Positions 1 to 11,155 of a DNA stretch of 52,853 bases are shown piece after piece (within the stretch, counting starts at the first letter, position 1; each line of letters opens with the position of its first letter). The DNA lies in contig JBHIFL010000020.1 of the NCBI GenBank assembly GCA_046761065.1, forward strand, positions 1-52,853, read 5' to 3'. The position numbers were made by a program, and so were the translations under genes. The notes beneath the pieces are model-generated. The model made no database searches. It had not been told where the DNA came from and saw only the letters and a list, made by a program, of their open reading frames with translations. Origin of the DNA: Candidatus Heimdallarchaeota archaeon (GTDB taxonomy: Archaea > Asgardarchaeota > Wukongarchaeia > Wukongarchaeales > JBHIFL01).

Positions 1-330
1 TTTTGCCGGGCAGCCCTCTCACTCCTGACCGACTTGAGATAAAAAAATAATAGGAAAATCATAATCGATAGGTTATACACAAAAGGCGAGTTAACATTAT
101 ATGAAGGTTGGAAAGTAGAGTATATCTCATAAATTTCATTCTTACAGGAATGATTGCGATGGGGATAGATACTTTCATGAGATCGTGGGAAATCCTTGTC
201 ACGGAATCTTTCTAAAGAGTGATAAAAATTATGTTCTAATACAAGATCATTCTCATTAAATCTAAAAGTCAGAGGGGATCTCGATATGTAACCAAATATA
301 TTTCTAATAAACAGATCAACAGGATGGAAA

Positions 331-1146
331 ATGAAGAATCAAGAGTCACAAGAGCCAATAAAGCCATATCCTGTTACGGATTTGCACCTACATACTCACT
401 ATAGTTCAGATGTCCCCTTTGGATACGCGTCGTTTCGAGAGTATTGTCAGTTAGGAGAGCAATTTGCCATTCATGTAGGGTTCTTGGACCACTTTGAAAT
501 TCCTGAGTTCTTACACAACCCGAAATATGCCTTGATTGGCGAACAAGGCATGATGAAGTACCTCGAAGAATTTGAGGAAGTCCACGCTGAGTTTCCCAAT
601 TCGTCGCTTGGGCTCGAAGTAGATTATTATCCAGAATTTAAGGTAGAACTGGAAGAGTTCATTGATACCTATCGAGCTGATTTCTGTCGCTTTATAGGAG
701 CCATTCATGTCATTGATGGGAAAGCAATAACTATGCGCGAGGAATGCAAACAGGTACTTGAAAAATATCGATTTGTCGAATTTCGCGCGATGTACTTTCG
801 AAAACTCGAAGCTGCCATTGAATCCGGGTTGTTCGATGGTATAGCACATATAGATGTGCTATACCGGTTCGCGAATGAGCTTTTTAAACCCGGACTACTA
901 CAAGGACGTGATAGTGAAGTGCTCCGATTAGGAAAGCTGTGCAAAGATCAAGGTCTAACAATCGAACTAAACATTTCAGGGGTTGAACATGCCGTAAAAA
1001 GACCATACCCGACTCTCGATATCGTAAAAACCCTTAACAAGTACGGGGGAAAATTTTTTGTCGGTTCAGACTCGCATCTCCCGCTTCACTTCTCGAAACG
1101 AATTGAGATAATTCGGAGGATGAACCGGTTTCTTTCTCGTTTGTAA
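331..1146 (+). CDS. PHP-family phosphoesterase (histidinol-phosphatase HisJ/HisK-like)
   Basis: PHP metal motifs DLHLHT, FLDH, GLEVDY, GAIH, IAHID, ELN and GSDSH. Confidence 0.85.
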   Translation: MKNQESQEPIKPYPVTDLHLHTHYSSDVPFGYASFREYCQLGEQFAIHVGFLDHFEIPEFLHNPKYALIGEQGMMKYLEEFEEVHAEFPNSSLGLEVDYYPEFKVELEEFIDTYRADFCRFIGAIHVIDGKAITMREECKQVLEKYRFVEFRAMYFRKLEAAIESGLFDGIAHIDVLYRFANELFKPGLLQGRDSEVLRLGKLCKDQGLTIELNISGVEHAVKRPYPTLDIVKTLNKYGGKFFVGSDSHLPLHFSKRIEIIRRMNRFLSRL

Positions 1147-1197
1147 GTCCTTCAAGGAATTGTGACTTCATCTTTTATAACCTTAAGGCTTTTTTAT

Positions 1198-2193
1198 TTA
1201 ATAGTTCAAGATAGAATTCAGTCTATTATCCTTAATGTAAGGATTAGAACAGGGATGACCCTCTGCTCGCCATATTTGCCGGGTATTCAGATTAACAACC
1301 ATAGACCATAGTGTTCCTAGTTTCATTTCTTCTATATGGCTACATACTAGCCCTTCATGATTGGATAAAATTCTTTTAATGTATTCTTCATCTAGTTTTA
1401 TTTTTCGATATCATAGAGCCTTAATGATTGTTTCATATCTTATTCGGGAATCTGGTGGTTCATACATCTCTATAGTTTGCATTTTAGGATGATTTAGGTG
1501 GTTTGTGGAGACAATATAGTCGTTTTTCGGCTTTCTCACAGCAATTTGCTTTGGGCTAGCTTCGATTACTACCATGTCGCCTGTGGGATCCGCTAATAAG
1601 AATGTCATCGTGCAATAGTGGGGAATGTCAGTTAGAAAGTTAATTCCTTCTTGAACTGTTGCGCAATTGTCTAGAAGATATCGTATAGCTACCCAGAAAG
1701 CAATTCCTGGCTCGAAATATGCGGTAATACCACTCATCGCGACTCCCAATCCTTTCTCATTCACCCCGTCTTCTCTTCCCACAAATATATCAGTATGTCC
1801 AACACTCTTGAAACCGTTATAGGGATCTGTAAAATAACTTTCTGCGAGACCTTCTTCTTTAAAAGAATAGTACATGTCATAGTTCCGCCCGAGAAATGTC
1901 TGTTCCCCATCTGTAACTGCTAAAATACTGCAATTGGGGATTGAATTAGGAATTTTTAATGTCATGGCGCACAATCCCTCAAATTGCAGTTTAGCAGTAT
2001 CGGCAATACCACGTATTTCTTCTACATATCCTGGGAAGACCGTTTCTACATGGTCTTTACACCTTAGAGCGAACTGGATTTCTTTATTACTGAATGTAGG
2101 AAGTTTAAAACCCGACTCTTTCAAGATTTTTCCATAAAAGACGCCCATTTCATAATAGGTTCCATTAAGATTTATATGATGCATAATAATCAT
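1198..2193 (-). pseudogene. C45-family Ntn-hydrolase (acyl-CoA:6-APA acyltransferase-like) interrupted by one in-frame TGA at 1411-1413
   Basis: Motifs EEIRGIA, CS...GRNYD, DGVNEKGL, TNH and SRIRY. After the TGA the same frame continues for 70 codons (YRKIK...LVCSH...GTLWSMVVNL...AEGHPCSNPY) to TAA at 1198-1200, resembling the normal C45 C-terminus. Confidence 0.8.
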
Positions 2194-2312
2194 TGATAAG
2201 GATCGTAAAATCTTATTTATGGATTTTGAAAGTTTTTAATCCAAAAAATCCTATTTTACAATTTTTTATTCCAAATGTAGAGTATTGTACTAAAAGGTGG
2301 AACATATGTTTA

Positions 2313-2626
2313 ATGTCTATTCGAGCCCAAGATGTCCAGATCTTCAGTTTTCTAGGAAATGAATAACGATTGCAGATAATAGTGTCCATAGAAAAGGGAA
2401 TCTCGAATATTGGAGAGATTCCGCATGAAAAGACATTTTCTGTTCCATTGCAGAGAAATAGTTCCGGATTTTAGTTAGCACAGATCATTTAGAGAAGTTA
2501 CTTGGTTTAACAATTGAAAGATGCCTTAGAATCTATTATAATATCATTAAAATAGCCAAAACTTTGGTGGAAGCTACCAGAAAGATCATTAAATCCACAA
2601 TTGAAGAACATTTAGATAAACAATAG
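2313..2626 (+). pseudogene. Degraded ArsR/SmtB-type winged-helix regulator
   Basis: Manual translation MSIRAQDVQIFSFLGNE*RLQIIVSIEKGISNIGEI, then in another frame VSTDHLEKLLGLTIERCLRIYY...KQ*; contains a stop and a frameshift. Confidence 0.55.
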
Positions 2627-2685
2627 ATAAAATAAGAACAACAAACTTTTGTGCTTCACAGGGAGAAAAGAGACAAGAAAAAATT

Positions 2686-3117
2686 CTACTTTCTAGACTT
2701 GAGACGATAGGACTTGTCTATGCTCTTGCCAATTTCCATGATATCGTCAACAAAGCGGCACACATCCTCTTTTATCCGTTCAATAGTACGTTCTAAAGAA
2801 AATTCACGAAGTTCATAATGATGTCCTTTTTGGACTACAAGCCCTGCTCGAATTAGCCGTTTGATATGGTGTACTACAGTTCCTCTCGTAATTCCTACAT
2901 GTTCAGCGATCTCATCACTCAGTAACCCTTTTCCCTCTCTGGTTGCCGTTAAGATAGTCTGGATTACTGAAACTACTGTCTCGCTCTTGTCTCGCGGTGT
3001 AACCAGGCTTAAAGCATGACAAATCCAACGAAGATCTTCAATAGAGTCTTGTTCAGGAAATTGACGAACCACATTGAATGAATATTTAAATCTTGGGGTA
3101 TCAAGTTTTTTGCTCAC
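2686..3117 (-). CDS. Archaeal winged-helix transcriptional regulator, divergent from grpE-dnaK-dnaJ
   Basis: wHTH pattern SDEIAEHVGITRGTVVHHIKRLIRAGLV with C-terminal helix. Confidence 0.8.
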   Translation of the reverse strand: MSKKLDTPRFKYSFNVVRQFPEQDSIEDLRWICHALSLVTPRDKSETVVSVIQTILTATREGKGLLSDEIAEHVGITRGTVVHHIKRLIRAGLVVQKGHHYELREFSLERTIERIKEDVCRFVDDIMEIGKSIDKSYRLKSRK

Positions 3118-3145
3118 AAATATACACCGATACCAAACTATATTG

Positions 3146-3195
3146 TATTTGTTGAATAGTTATGATATATGTTTAAAAGTTTTTTTATTTGTTGA
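3146..3195. promoter_or_regulatory. Direct repeat TATTTGTTGA x2, 40 bp apart, in the divergent promoter region; possible operator
   Basis: Exact 10-mers at 3146-3155 and 3186-3195 between the regulator and grpE; AT-rich context lowers significance. Confidence 0.25.
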
Positions 3196-3322
3196 GAACA
3201 TATAGAAAGCCTTATTAGATAGATTATTTTACTTATCTAAAGAAGAACCAATTAATATTAAGTCCCATATCTCTTGAAATTTTACGAAAACTGTCTCAAG
3301 GGGTATAGGGAAGATTAGGAGA

Positions 3323-3943
3323 ATGTTCACCCTTTTTGGAGTTAAAGAAGAGATGGATGGATCAAAAAAAACAAAAAAATCAGCTGCAGATAAACCCAAC
3401 GATAAAACCCAATCGAATAAAGATGAAAATTCAGCAGTAGTAGTTCTGACGGGTGAAGATATTCTCTCTGAGGTAGATAATCAATATAAAACCCGTTATT
3501 TATACTTACAGGCAGATTTTGAGAACTACAAAAAACGGATGACCAAACAGATGAATGATACAATCAAGTGGGCTAATGTAAAACTCATAACGTCACTATT
3601 ACCGGTACTAGACGATTTTGAGAGAGTTGTAGACTCTGGGAAAAACTCCACAAATATTGAAACCTTAGTGTCTGGAATGCAGATGCTGCTGGATGGCTTC
3701 AAAAAAACCCTTAATGCAGCAGGTCTCACAGAGATCAATTCAATAGGGGAAAAATTTGATCCCAACCTCCATGAAGCGGTCGAACAAGTAGAGACCCTTG
3801 ATCAAAAGGAGGGTACAATAGTAGGTGAATTGAGAAAAGGTTATCTTTTCCATAACCATTGTATTAGACCTAGTATGGTGAAAGTTTCAGTGCAACCTAA
3901 AGAAGAAATTGAAGAAAAATCCAATAAAACGGAGAAGGGATAA
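3323..3943 (+). CDS. grpE: Nucleotide exchange factor GrpE (start may be ATG at about 3353)
   Basis: [32 protein letters not shown]...IRPSMVKV. Confidence 0.97.
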   Translation: MFTLFGVKEEMDGSKKTKKSAADKPNDKTQSNKDENSAVVVLTGEDILSEVDNQYKTRYLYLQADFENYKKRMTKQMNDTIKWANVKLITSLLPVLDDFERVVDSGKNSTNIETLVSGMQMLLDGFKKTLNAAGLTEINSIGEKFDPNLHEAVEQVETLDQKEGTIVGELRKGYLFHNHCIRPSMVKVSVQPKEEIEEKSNKTEKG

Positions 3944-5856
3944 TGATGGCTAAAATAATTGGAATCGACTTAGGAACAAGTAACTCGGCTTGTGCAGTTC
4001 TTGAAGGGGGAAGACCTGTGATAATCCCCAGCGCGGAAGGTGTTACCCCTACAGGGGGGAAAGCATTCCCGTCATTTGTTGCTTTTACGAAAAATGATGA
4101 GCTGTTGGTTGGAGAACCAGCACGAAGACAAGCGGTTTCGAATCCTGAGGGGACTGTCCTCGCTATTAAACGAAAGATGGGAACGAATTACAAGGTTAAT
4201 ATCCGAGGAAAAGAATATACTCCCCAACAGATTTCTGCATTTATTCTTCAGAAGATTAAACGGGATGCGGAAACCTTTTTAAATGAGAAAATTGAGAAAG
4301 CTGTTATTACGGTACCAGCATACTTCAATGATAATCAACGTCAAGCTACAAAAGATGCAGGTGCTATTGCAGGTTTGGATGTTGTCCGAATTATAAACGA
4401 GCCTACTGCCGCAAGCCTAGCATATGGCTTAGATAAATCTGAAAAAGATCAGCAAATCATGGTTTTTGACCTTGGTGGGGGAACCTTGGATGTCACCATT
4501 ATGGACTTTGGGGAAGGTGTCTTTGAAGTCCGGTCCACAAGTGGCGACACCCAACTCGGTGGTACTGATATGGACAATGCCTTAGTAGACTATCTGGCTA
4601 ATGAATTCCAACGAGATCATGGGATTGATCTTCGCCAAGACAAAACTGCAGCACAGCGGCTTAGAGAAGCCGCTGAAAAGGCTAAAATCGAACTTTCAAC
4701 TATAAAGAGTACTGAAATTAATCTCCCCTATATCACAGCTGATGCGAGTGGGCCTAAACACCTAAATATGACCCTAACACGTGCTACACTTGAGCGAATT
4801 GTCCGGCCTACAGTTGATCGCTGTGTAGGACCTATAAGACAAGCCTTAACAGATGCCAAACTCAACCCAAATGAAATAGATACCGTTATCTTAGTAGGCG
4901 GCCCAACACGGATGCCAATTGTCCAAGACTTTGTTGAAAATCAAGTAGGAAAGAAAATTGCAAGAGGAGTAGATCCAATGGAATGTGTTGCGATAGGAGC
5001 AGCCATCCAAGGGGCAGTCTTGGCAGGAGAAGACCTTGGGCGTGATTTAGTACTCCTGGATGTTACCCCCCTAACATTAGGAGTGGAAACACTTGGAGGA
5101 GTTAGGACACCCCTTATCGAGCGGAACACGACCATCCCTACCCGGAAAAGCGAGATTTTTACGACTGCTGCTGACATGCAGACAGCCGTAACAGTCCATG
5201 TCCTCCAAGGTGAACGACCTATGGCAGCAGACAATGTCTCTCTGGGACAGTTTAATTTAGTTGGGATCCCACCAGCCCCAAGGGGAGTTCCTCAGATCGA
5301 AGTGACGTTTGATATCGATGCCAACGGCATTTTGAACGTGTCTGCAAAAGATTTAGGAACGGGTAAAGAGCAGAAGATTACAATTACTGCATCAACTAAA
5401 TTATCCGAAGCCGAAAAAGATCGTATGGTTCGGGAGGCCGAAGATTTTGCGGAACAAGATCGGAAGAAAAAAGAAGAAGTCGAAGCACGCAATGCTGCGG
5501 ACTCCATGATCTATACTGCAGAGAAAACAATGAAAGACCTTGGCCCAAGGCTTGAGGAGGCACAGCGGAAGCGAGTGGAAGATGCCATCGCAGCGGTGCG
5601 AGATTCCCTTTTCGGGTCGGATATGACGAAGATAAAAGAAGAAACACAAAAACTGGGGGAGGTGCTGCAAGAGGTTAGTGCTGTTGTTTACCAACAGACG
5701 GCTCAAGAACGGGCACAAGCTGGAGCACAAGCTGGAGCACAAGCTGGACCCCAGGAACCATCATCGAGTGACTCTCCACAGGAAAAATCTACCAAGAAAG
5801 ATGATAAAAGAAAATCGGATGCTGTAGACGCCGACTACCGAGTAGTTGATGACTAG
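3943..5856 (+). CDS. dnaK: Chaperone DnaK (Hsp70)
   Basis: [51 protein letters not shown]; C-terminal DADY. Confidence 0.99.
   Translation: MMAKIIGIDLGTSNSACAVLEGGRPVIIPSAEGVTPTGGKAFPSFVAFTKNDELLVGEPARRQAVSNPEGTVLAIKRKMGTNYKVNIRGKEYTPQQISAFILQKIKRDAETFLNEKIEKAVITVPAYFNDNQRQATKDAGAIAGLDVVRIINEPTAASLAYGLDKSEKDQQIMVFDLGGGTLDVTIMDFGEGVFEVRSTSGDTQLGGTDMDNALVDYLANEFQRDHGIDLRQDKTAAQRLREAAEKAKIELSTIKSTEINLPYITADASGPKHLNMTLTRATLERIVRPTVDRCVGPIRQALTDAKLNPNEIDTVILVGGPTRMPIVQDFVENQVGKKIARGVDPMECVAIGAAIQGAVLAGEDLGRDLVLLDVTPLTLGVETLGGVRTPLIERNTTIPTRKSEIFTTAADMQTAVTVHVLQGERPMAADNVSLGQFNLVGIPPAPRGVPQIEVTFDIDANGILNVSAKDLGTGKEQKITITASTKLSEAEKDRMVREAEDFAEQDRKKKEEVEARNAADSMIYTAEKTMKDLGPRLEEAQRKRVEDAIAAVRDSLFGSDMTKIKEETQKLGEVLQEVSAVVYQQTAQERAQAGAQAGAQAGPQEPSSSDSPQEKSTKKDDKRKSDAVDADYRVVDD
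5716..5748 (+). repeat. Tandem 12-bp repeat CAAGCTGGAGCA (~2.75 copies) encoding QAGA in the DnaK tail
   Basis: caagctggagca caagctggagca caagctgga seen directly. Confidence 0.9.
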
Positions 5857-5913
5857 TAACACAACGTGATTTAACTTAACATCCGTCAATCAGAGCAAGA
5901 AGTGTGATATGCC

Positions 5914-7050
5914 GTGACAAGCAAGAGAGACTATTATGAGGTCTTAGGTGTACCTCGAGATGCTACTAAAGAACAGCTTAAGGCGGCATATCGCAAATTG
6001 GCTCTCAAGTATCACCCTGACCGAAGTAAAGAGCCAGATGCAGAAGAAAAGTTCAAAGAAATCTCTGAAGCATACGCGATCCTTTCCGACGACAAAAAAC
6101 GCGACCGTTATGACCGTTTTGGGCATGCTGGAATAAGTGGTCGATACACGCCTGAAGATATTTTTGGTGGGATCGACTTTGAGAGTATCTTCCGCGGTTT
6201 CGGCGGGTTTGAAGATTTGTTCGGCGGCTTTGGAGGCAGTATTTTTGATCGACTATTTGGTGGATTTGGGAGACGATCTCAAAGTGTAAGAGCTCGAACA
6301 AGAACAGGACCCCAACAAGGCGCAGATTTACGATATGACCTTGAAATCACCTTGGAACAAGCATTTACAGGACTACAAACGCAGATTGAAGTGCCAAGAA
6401 GTGAAATGTGCCGAATATGTGGGGGAAATGGAGCTAAACCCGGCACCCAACCGGAGAGGTGTCCCACCTGTGGTGGTACCGGGCAGATTCAGCACAGCCA
6501 AGTTCGTGGTTTCACAAGCTTCGTGCAAATAATTCCTTGCCAAAATTGTCATGGTGCTGGCACTATAATCCCATCTCCTTGTAAAACTTGTAATGGAAGT
6601 GGAACAGTTCAGAAGAGACGAAAAATAGAGATCTCGATACCATCTGGAGTTGACACTGGTCAACGGCTGAGACTTCGAGGGGAAGGCGAAGCAGGTATAC
6701 GGGGGGGACCTCCAGGAGATCTATATGTATTTGTTTACATTCAACAACATCCTACCTTTGACCGAGATAATTCTGACTTGATTTGTGACTGGAAAATAAG
6801 TTTCCCTCAAGCAGCTCTTGGAGCGAAAGTCAAAGTACCATCTATTGATGGCAAAATTGAACTTAAAATACCAGCTGGAACTCAAAACGGGACTATTTTC
6901 CGCTTAAAGGGAAAAGGAATGCCGTATCTACAAGGTAGAGGGCGCGGCGACGAGTATGTAAGAGTCTTTATTGGTGTTCCAACGAAATTGACCAGAAAAC
7001 AGAAACAATTGCTCATAGAACTAGCAAAAGAATTAGATCAGAACTTTTAA
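5914..7050 (+). CDS. dnaJ: Chaperone DnaJ (class A)
   Basis: J domain with HPD, G/F region, four CxxCxGxG repeats. Confidence 0.99.
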   Translation: MTSKRDYYEVLGVPRDATKEQLKAAYRKLALKYHPDRSKEPDAEEKFKEISEAYAILSDDKKRDRYDRFGHAGISGRYTPEDIFGGIDFESIFRGFGGFEDLFGGFGGSIFDRLFGGFGRRSQSVRARTRTGPQQGADLRYDLEITLEQAFTGLQTQIEVPRSEMCRICGGNGAKPGTQPERCPTCGGTGQIQHSQVRGFTSFVQIIPCQNCHGAGTIIPSPCKTCNGSGTVQKRRKIEISIPSGVDTGQRLRLRGEGEAGIRGGPPGDLYVFVYIQQHPTFDRDNSDLICDWKISFPQAALGAKVKVPSIDGKIELKIPAGTQNGTIFRLKGKGMPYLQGRGRGDEYVRVFIGVPTKLTRKQKQLLIELAKELDQNF

Positions 7051-7103
7051 TAATCGATCTTAAGACGCCCCATTGTACTTTTTAAAGCAATAAGAAGGCT
7101 TTT

Positions 7104-7709
7104 TTAATGTTTTGATTTTCCTATCTTCTTACCCAACAAAAATCCTGAAAAAAACCCCCCCAAATGTGATAGGATATTTGTGTTTATAGATATTGTCAGA
7201 ATGAAAAAAAATAGGGCAAAGTATAGTGATTTTCTCCACCTTTTTGGATGTTGCAATCGCTGGTTCATTACAATGATACCAAATAAACCAAAGATGGCGC
7301 CTGACGCCCCTACACTCACAAAAGTTCTGCCCCAGAGGAGCGATAGAATATTACCAGATATCCCAGTTGCGAGAAAAGAGAACAAATATTGAGATCTATT
7401 TAAGAGTTCCTCTACTTTGTGGCCGAAGGCCAATAGCCATATCAGGTTAAACCCTAGATGGACAAGATTCGCATGGACAAAAATGGAACTTAATAATAAG
7501 TAGTAGGCTCTCTGATCAAACACCAGATCATTATTTTGCCCGATTGCAGAAATAATCTCATAATCGATTCGTAGGACACTTTTACTTTTCCATGCTAACA
7601 CGAAATAGATGCTAACCATAAAGCCAATCAGGCCAAAAGTTAGAGGGATTTGCTGAAAAAGGTTCGAATCCTGTTTCAAAGTTAGAAACCTGCTTTGAGG
7701 CCAAGTCAT
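7104..7709 (-). CDS. Rhomboid intramembrane serine protease
   Basis: HANLVHLGFN, GASGAIFG and HLGG motifs; multiple hydrophobic helices. Confidence 0.93.
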   Translation of the reverse strand: MTWPQSRFLTLKQDSNLFQQIPLTFGLIGFMVSIYFVLAWKSKSVLRIDYEIISAIGQNNDLVFDQRAYYLLLSSIFVHANLVHLGFNLIWLLAFGHKVEELLNRSQYLFSFLATGISGNILSLLWGRTFVSVGASGAIFGLFGIIVMNQRLQHPKRWRKSLYFALFFFILTISINTNILSHLGGFFSGFLLGKKIGKSKH

Positions 7710-7814
7710 CCTCTTAACAAGGAATTTAATTCCTTAAATCTTTATTTGCGTTACCTAATCCTGCGAATTTTTTAAAAAGATTATAATAATTTCCCTTCGT
7801 TTGTTGTTAGAACC

Positions 7815-8174
7815 CTAACCTTCCGTCATGTCGACCGCTAGGTGGAGGTAATCTTTTCTTACCGGGCCAAAAATATCAATGACAACCGTTTTTTCCGGGG
7901 TATCCCCGACTCCATGAATTTCGTTGGATTCAAAATAGAATATTGATCCTGCCTCAACAATATGGGATTCGTGATTTGGACCTACTATGAATTTGAGCTT
8001 TCCATCAAGGACAAACCCTAACTGCTCCTCCGTATGCTGATGCACCTCCATTGTGGTTCCTTTTTCGAGATGTACTAGTTGGGCTGTGATGTGGTTACCA
8101 GTCACAATCTTGGCTTTAATTAATGGGGTGAGCTGTTTCCAATCCATTTCTTCCGTTCTTACAAATTTAACCAT
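7815..8174 (-). CDS. Cupin-domain protein
   Basis: HQHTEEQ...G and NEIHGV cupin motifs; DIFGPVR tail. Confidence 0.9.
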   Translation of the reverse strand: MVKFVRTEEMDWKQLTPLIKAKIVTGNHITAQLVHLEKGTTMEVHQHTEEQLGFVLDGKLKFIVGPNHESHIVEAGSIFYFESNEIHGVGDTPEKTVVIDIFGPVRKDYLHLAVDMTEG

Positions 8175-8240
8175 TCTTGATCCCTCGCCCGATTTCGTGA
8201 TAATGTTTTTAACTTTGTTGTTTTTTAAATTGAATATATC

Positions 8241-9071
8241 TTAATAATAGTCTTGGATCTGTTCTCCCACCGCGTTTGCGATTGTATCCACATTGCCATG
8301 CGTATCATTCCCTAAGGTTTCAAAAGAAGATAAAAGGCTATCTAGAAGGTTTCGTGCTCGCAGCGTTGCGATTGATAAGAAGCCATCAACCGCGTCTCCA
8401 ATGCAAGATTTCTGTTCCAGCAGTGGTAAGGATGAAGCCAAGATCTTCAAATCATTTATAGCTGCAAGGATCTCAGCTTTGGGATTTCTCTGTTCTTGCA
8501 GTTCCGTCCATATCATTTTCTCTTCTAGCGACCGTTGAAGATGAAACAAATGCATATGGGTTTGATTCTCCAGAATTCCATGCTTTACCAGCAGCCGTGT
8601 GACTTCAAAGTCCTTTATAGCCACCGTTAGGTAGTAAAAAAGTAAATGTCGCAGTTTATCATCAAATGCATTAGCTACCAACGCGTTTACAAATGCTAAA
8701 GGAGGGAGAAAGGAGTAATAAGCCAGTTCACCGTGAAGGATGGAATGCGCGCTCTCATGCTCAACCTCTCCTTTCCAAACAGTCATGTCTTTATGGTTGC
8801 AGACATCCGCGCGTATTGCAATGCATGGCCAGCCCCCCCAAGCCCAATGATACGAGGAGAATTCCACATCTGCGAATCCCCGCTCTAATCCTGCAGTTTG
8901 TGCTTCGCGCTCTAAGAATTTCTTCATTTCATAGGAACTTGAAAATAGATATATATCCACAATTCCTGCCATTGGAGGTCTTACTTTTTCATATATCTGG
9001 GTTAAGATGTTGGAAACTTGTGCCTCGAACTTTTGATCAACCCCAAAGACTCGATGAATGATAATTTTCAA
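8241..9071 (-). CDS. Hypothetical protein with HExxH (possible zinc metallopeptidase fold)
   Basis: EHESAHSILH motif; downstream VAIKDFEV. Confidence 0.55.
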   Translation of the reverse strand: MKIIIHRVFGVDQKFEAQVSNILTQIYEKVRPPMAGIVDIYLFSSSYEMKKFLEREAQTAGLERGFADVEFSSYHWAWGGWPCIAIRADVCNHKDMTVWKGEVEHESAHSILHGELAYYSFLPPLAFVNALVANAFDDKLRHLLFYYLTVAIKDFEVTRLLVKHGILENQTHMHLFHLQRSLEEKMIWTELQEQRNPKAEILAAINDLKILASSLPLLEQKSCIGDAVDGFLSIATLRARNLLDSLLSSFETLGNDTHGNVDTIANAVGEQIQDYY

Positions 9072-9323
9072 TTTTGTATCTCCAATACATGTGGATTTAA
9101 AGGGTTCAATGGGTTTTTCGATAACGTTTTGTCATGTGATTTCTAACTAAAAAATTGTTACACCTTTACTGTGCCTTAATCGATGTAGCATATAACGGGA
9201 AGAGCGATCCAATTGACGAAACCATCCGTCCCAAAGGGCATTCCGCCCAATTTTAAGGTTTTTTGTTTTTTGCGGTTCCACTCCCGGACTTGATGCGCTA
9301 TTGTATTACATGGAGTAAAGTAC

Positions 9324-9518
9324 ATGAAATGTCGAAAATGTGGGAAAAAGATGGAAAAACGATCGAAACGTGGATATGATTCCTATTACTGTAAAGATTG
9401 TGGAGCCCAAGCAATAAAGATTAGTAAAAAGAGGATCATTCAAGAAACCACAAGGAACTTTAGAGATTCTTATAAGGATTCAGCTGAAGAAGAAATCAAC
9501 GAATATATCGATGATTAA
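9324..9518 (+). CDS. Small zinc-ribbon protein
   Basis: CRKC...YYCKDC; SD-like GGAG upstream. Confidence 0.7.
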   Translation: MKCRKCGKKMEKRSKRGYDSYYCKDCGAQAIKISKKRIIQETTRNFRDSYKDSAEEEINEYIDD

Positions 9519-9601
9519 TAAGTCAAAAATAAAGAATAAATGATATTCGTGTGGTAGCTTTACCCTCTTAAATCCTGCTCGGATTTATCTTATAGGGCAT
9601 T

Positions 9602-10084
9602 TTATCCACCGGGTGAACCATGAAATGGAGCATGCTTCCAGAACATTTCCCAAAGGTCGTCTTCTGTTAAGGCTTGTGGCTGGATGATCCATTTATCGAT
9701 CCGAATCAGTAAAGCATGGTGTCTTTCTTCATCACTTACTAGGTACTGCAAAATTAGTCGCATTCTTTCATCTTCGACCATTTTCAGTTGATCTTTATAA
9801 GTTCTGATGGCTTCTTCTTCCAGTTGAATATGTTCCTTGATGTGGTCCCCTAAAGCTTCCATTTGCTGCTCTTTGATGAGGGGAGTAGGTCCTAAGGCCA
9901 TTGCAATTGCAGCATTTAATAAATTTGCGTGTTTTCTGGAATCGAGGGCAATCCCTCGAATTAATTCGGCGATTAAAACGTTATTAGTAGCATTTGCATT
10001 CGCTTCAGCTAGCTCAACGATTTTTGTCTCTAATGTTATCTGTTCTCGAAAAAAACTCAAAAGTTTCTTGTTTTGCGATTCCAA
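9602..10084 (-). CDS. Ferritin-like/rubrerythrin-like di-iron protein
   Basis: Paired E...DSRKH and EEE...DEERHH helices; tail FWKHAPFHGSPGG. Confidence 0.8.
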   Translation of the reverse strand: MESQNKKLLSFFREQITLETKIVELAEANANATNNVLIAELIRGIALDSRKHANLLNAAIAMALGPTPLIKEQQMEALGDHIKEHIQLEEEAIRTYKDQLKMVEDERMRLILQYLVSDEERHHALLIRIDKWIIQPQALTEDDLWEMFWKHAPFHGSPGG

Positions 10085-10267
10085 AAGACCACCCCAAGCG
10101 GATTTATCAAATTGTATTCTGTATATTGAAGTAGGTTTTAAAGATTCGGATAGTCAACGTTTGCCCCTGAATTTAAATGAATACCATGTAAATTTCTGTG
10201 ACTCGTCCATTAAACTAGCGATAAAGCTTTAAAACCTTTAATTATCCCGAATAGAGGATGTGTTGCT

Positions 10268-11155
10268 TCACCCAGTCGGTTTAAGGTAGATCATCAAAAA
10301 TTCATGAATTTTATTAACCCGAAACACGTACGGGTATCCCAGGGGTCTTAGATTGCTGTATTCTTTTCGTCTATCCCAAATTATGATATCTTCAAGATGG
10401 AATCCTATTTCTTTCATCTTTTCAGTCAGATCGATATGCAAAGGATAGAAGATGGCTTTTTTGCGTATGTCCATGCAAATGATAACACATCTTGCTCCCT
10501 TTTTAAGTACTTGATACACTTTTGTGAAAACCAATTGCAAGCGATGTAAAAAGATGTCATAGTTTGGAATATTTCCTAAATCGTGTTCCAATTCTGAATA
10601 TGGTCTACTTTTCTTAAGATCTGCAGTTCGCTTCTGCCTATGAATATCCCAGTAGGGGGGAGAAGTGATACAGATGTCAATGGCTTCAGGTCTTAAATAA
10701 TTCAAAAGATTTTCAGCTGTATCGAAATGAATATCGAATTGTACTTTGGGTTCCGAAGGCGATTCGACTGGTGGTATCTTTTTAGATAAAATGTGATCAT
10801 GATCAGGTTTTTTTAATGTTTTTTGTGGAGAGAACGGTATCTGAGACTGAATAAGCCGTTGTTTCGCCACATGTATATAATCGGAGTTTAACTCAAACCC
10901 AATACCATACATACCAAGAGATTTAGCGGCGATTAGCGTACTACCACTTCCTAAAAAGGGATCTAAAACTATATCACCACTCTTTGCATAAACTTTCAAT
11001 AATCGCCTGATTAGCTGCGTAGGAAACATCGCAGGGTGCTTGATTGTCGCCTCTTCCTTAGTTTTCTTGATGTCGTCCCAGATCGATATGCTATATCGGA
11101 GCCACTGCTTCCCATTTAGATTTGTTGATTTCTTATGATTTACTTGTTGAGGCAT
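10268..11155 (-). CDS. Amino-DNA methyltransferase (N4-cytosine/N6-adenine), apparently orphan
   Basis: HPAMFP, DPFLGSGST (motif I) preceding TSPPY (motif IV); no endonuclease alongside. Confidence 0.9.
   Translation of the reverse strand: MPQQVNHKKSTNLNGKQWLRYSISIWDDIKKTKEEATIKHPAMFPTQLIRRLLKVYAKSGDIVLDPFLGSGSTLIAAKSLGMYGIGFELNSDYIHVAKQRLIQSQIPFSPQKTLKKPDHDHILSKKIPPVESPSEPKVQFDIHFDTAENLLNYLRPEAIDICITSPPYWDIHRQKRTADLKKSRPYSELEHDLGNIPNYDIFLHRLQLVFTKVYQVLKKGARCVIICMDIRKKAIFYPLHIDLTEKMKEIGFHLEDIIIWDRRKEYSNLRPLGYPYVFRVNKIHEFLMIYLKPTG

Noticed and set aside
1-40. GC-rich stretch at the window edge, possible RNA gene or start of a minus-strand gene (GGAG then ...PGK)
   Set aside because: Too short and truncated to identify
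1120-1197. Possible SECIS after the TGA-containing C45 gene (ATGAAGTC...GACTT on the minus strand)
   Set aside because: The 3' GA of the non-Watson-Crick quartet is missing and the stem overlaps the convergent PHP gene end
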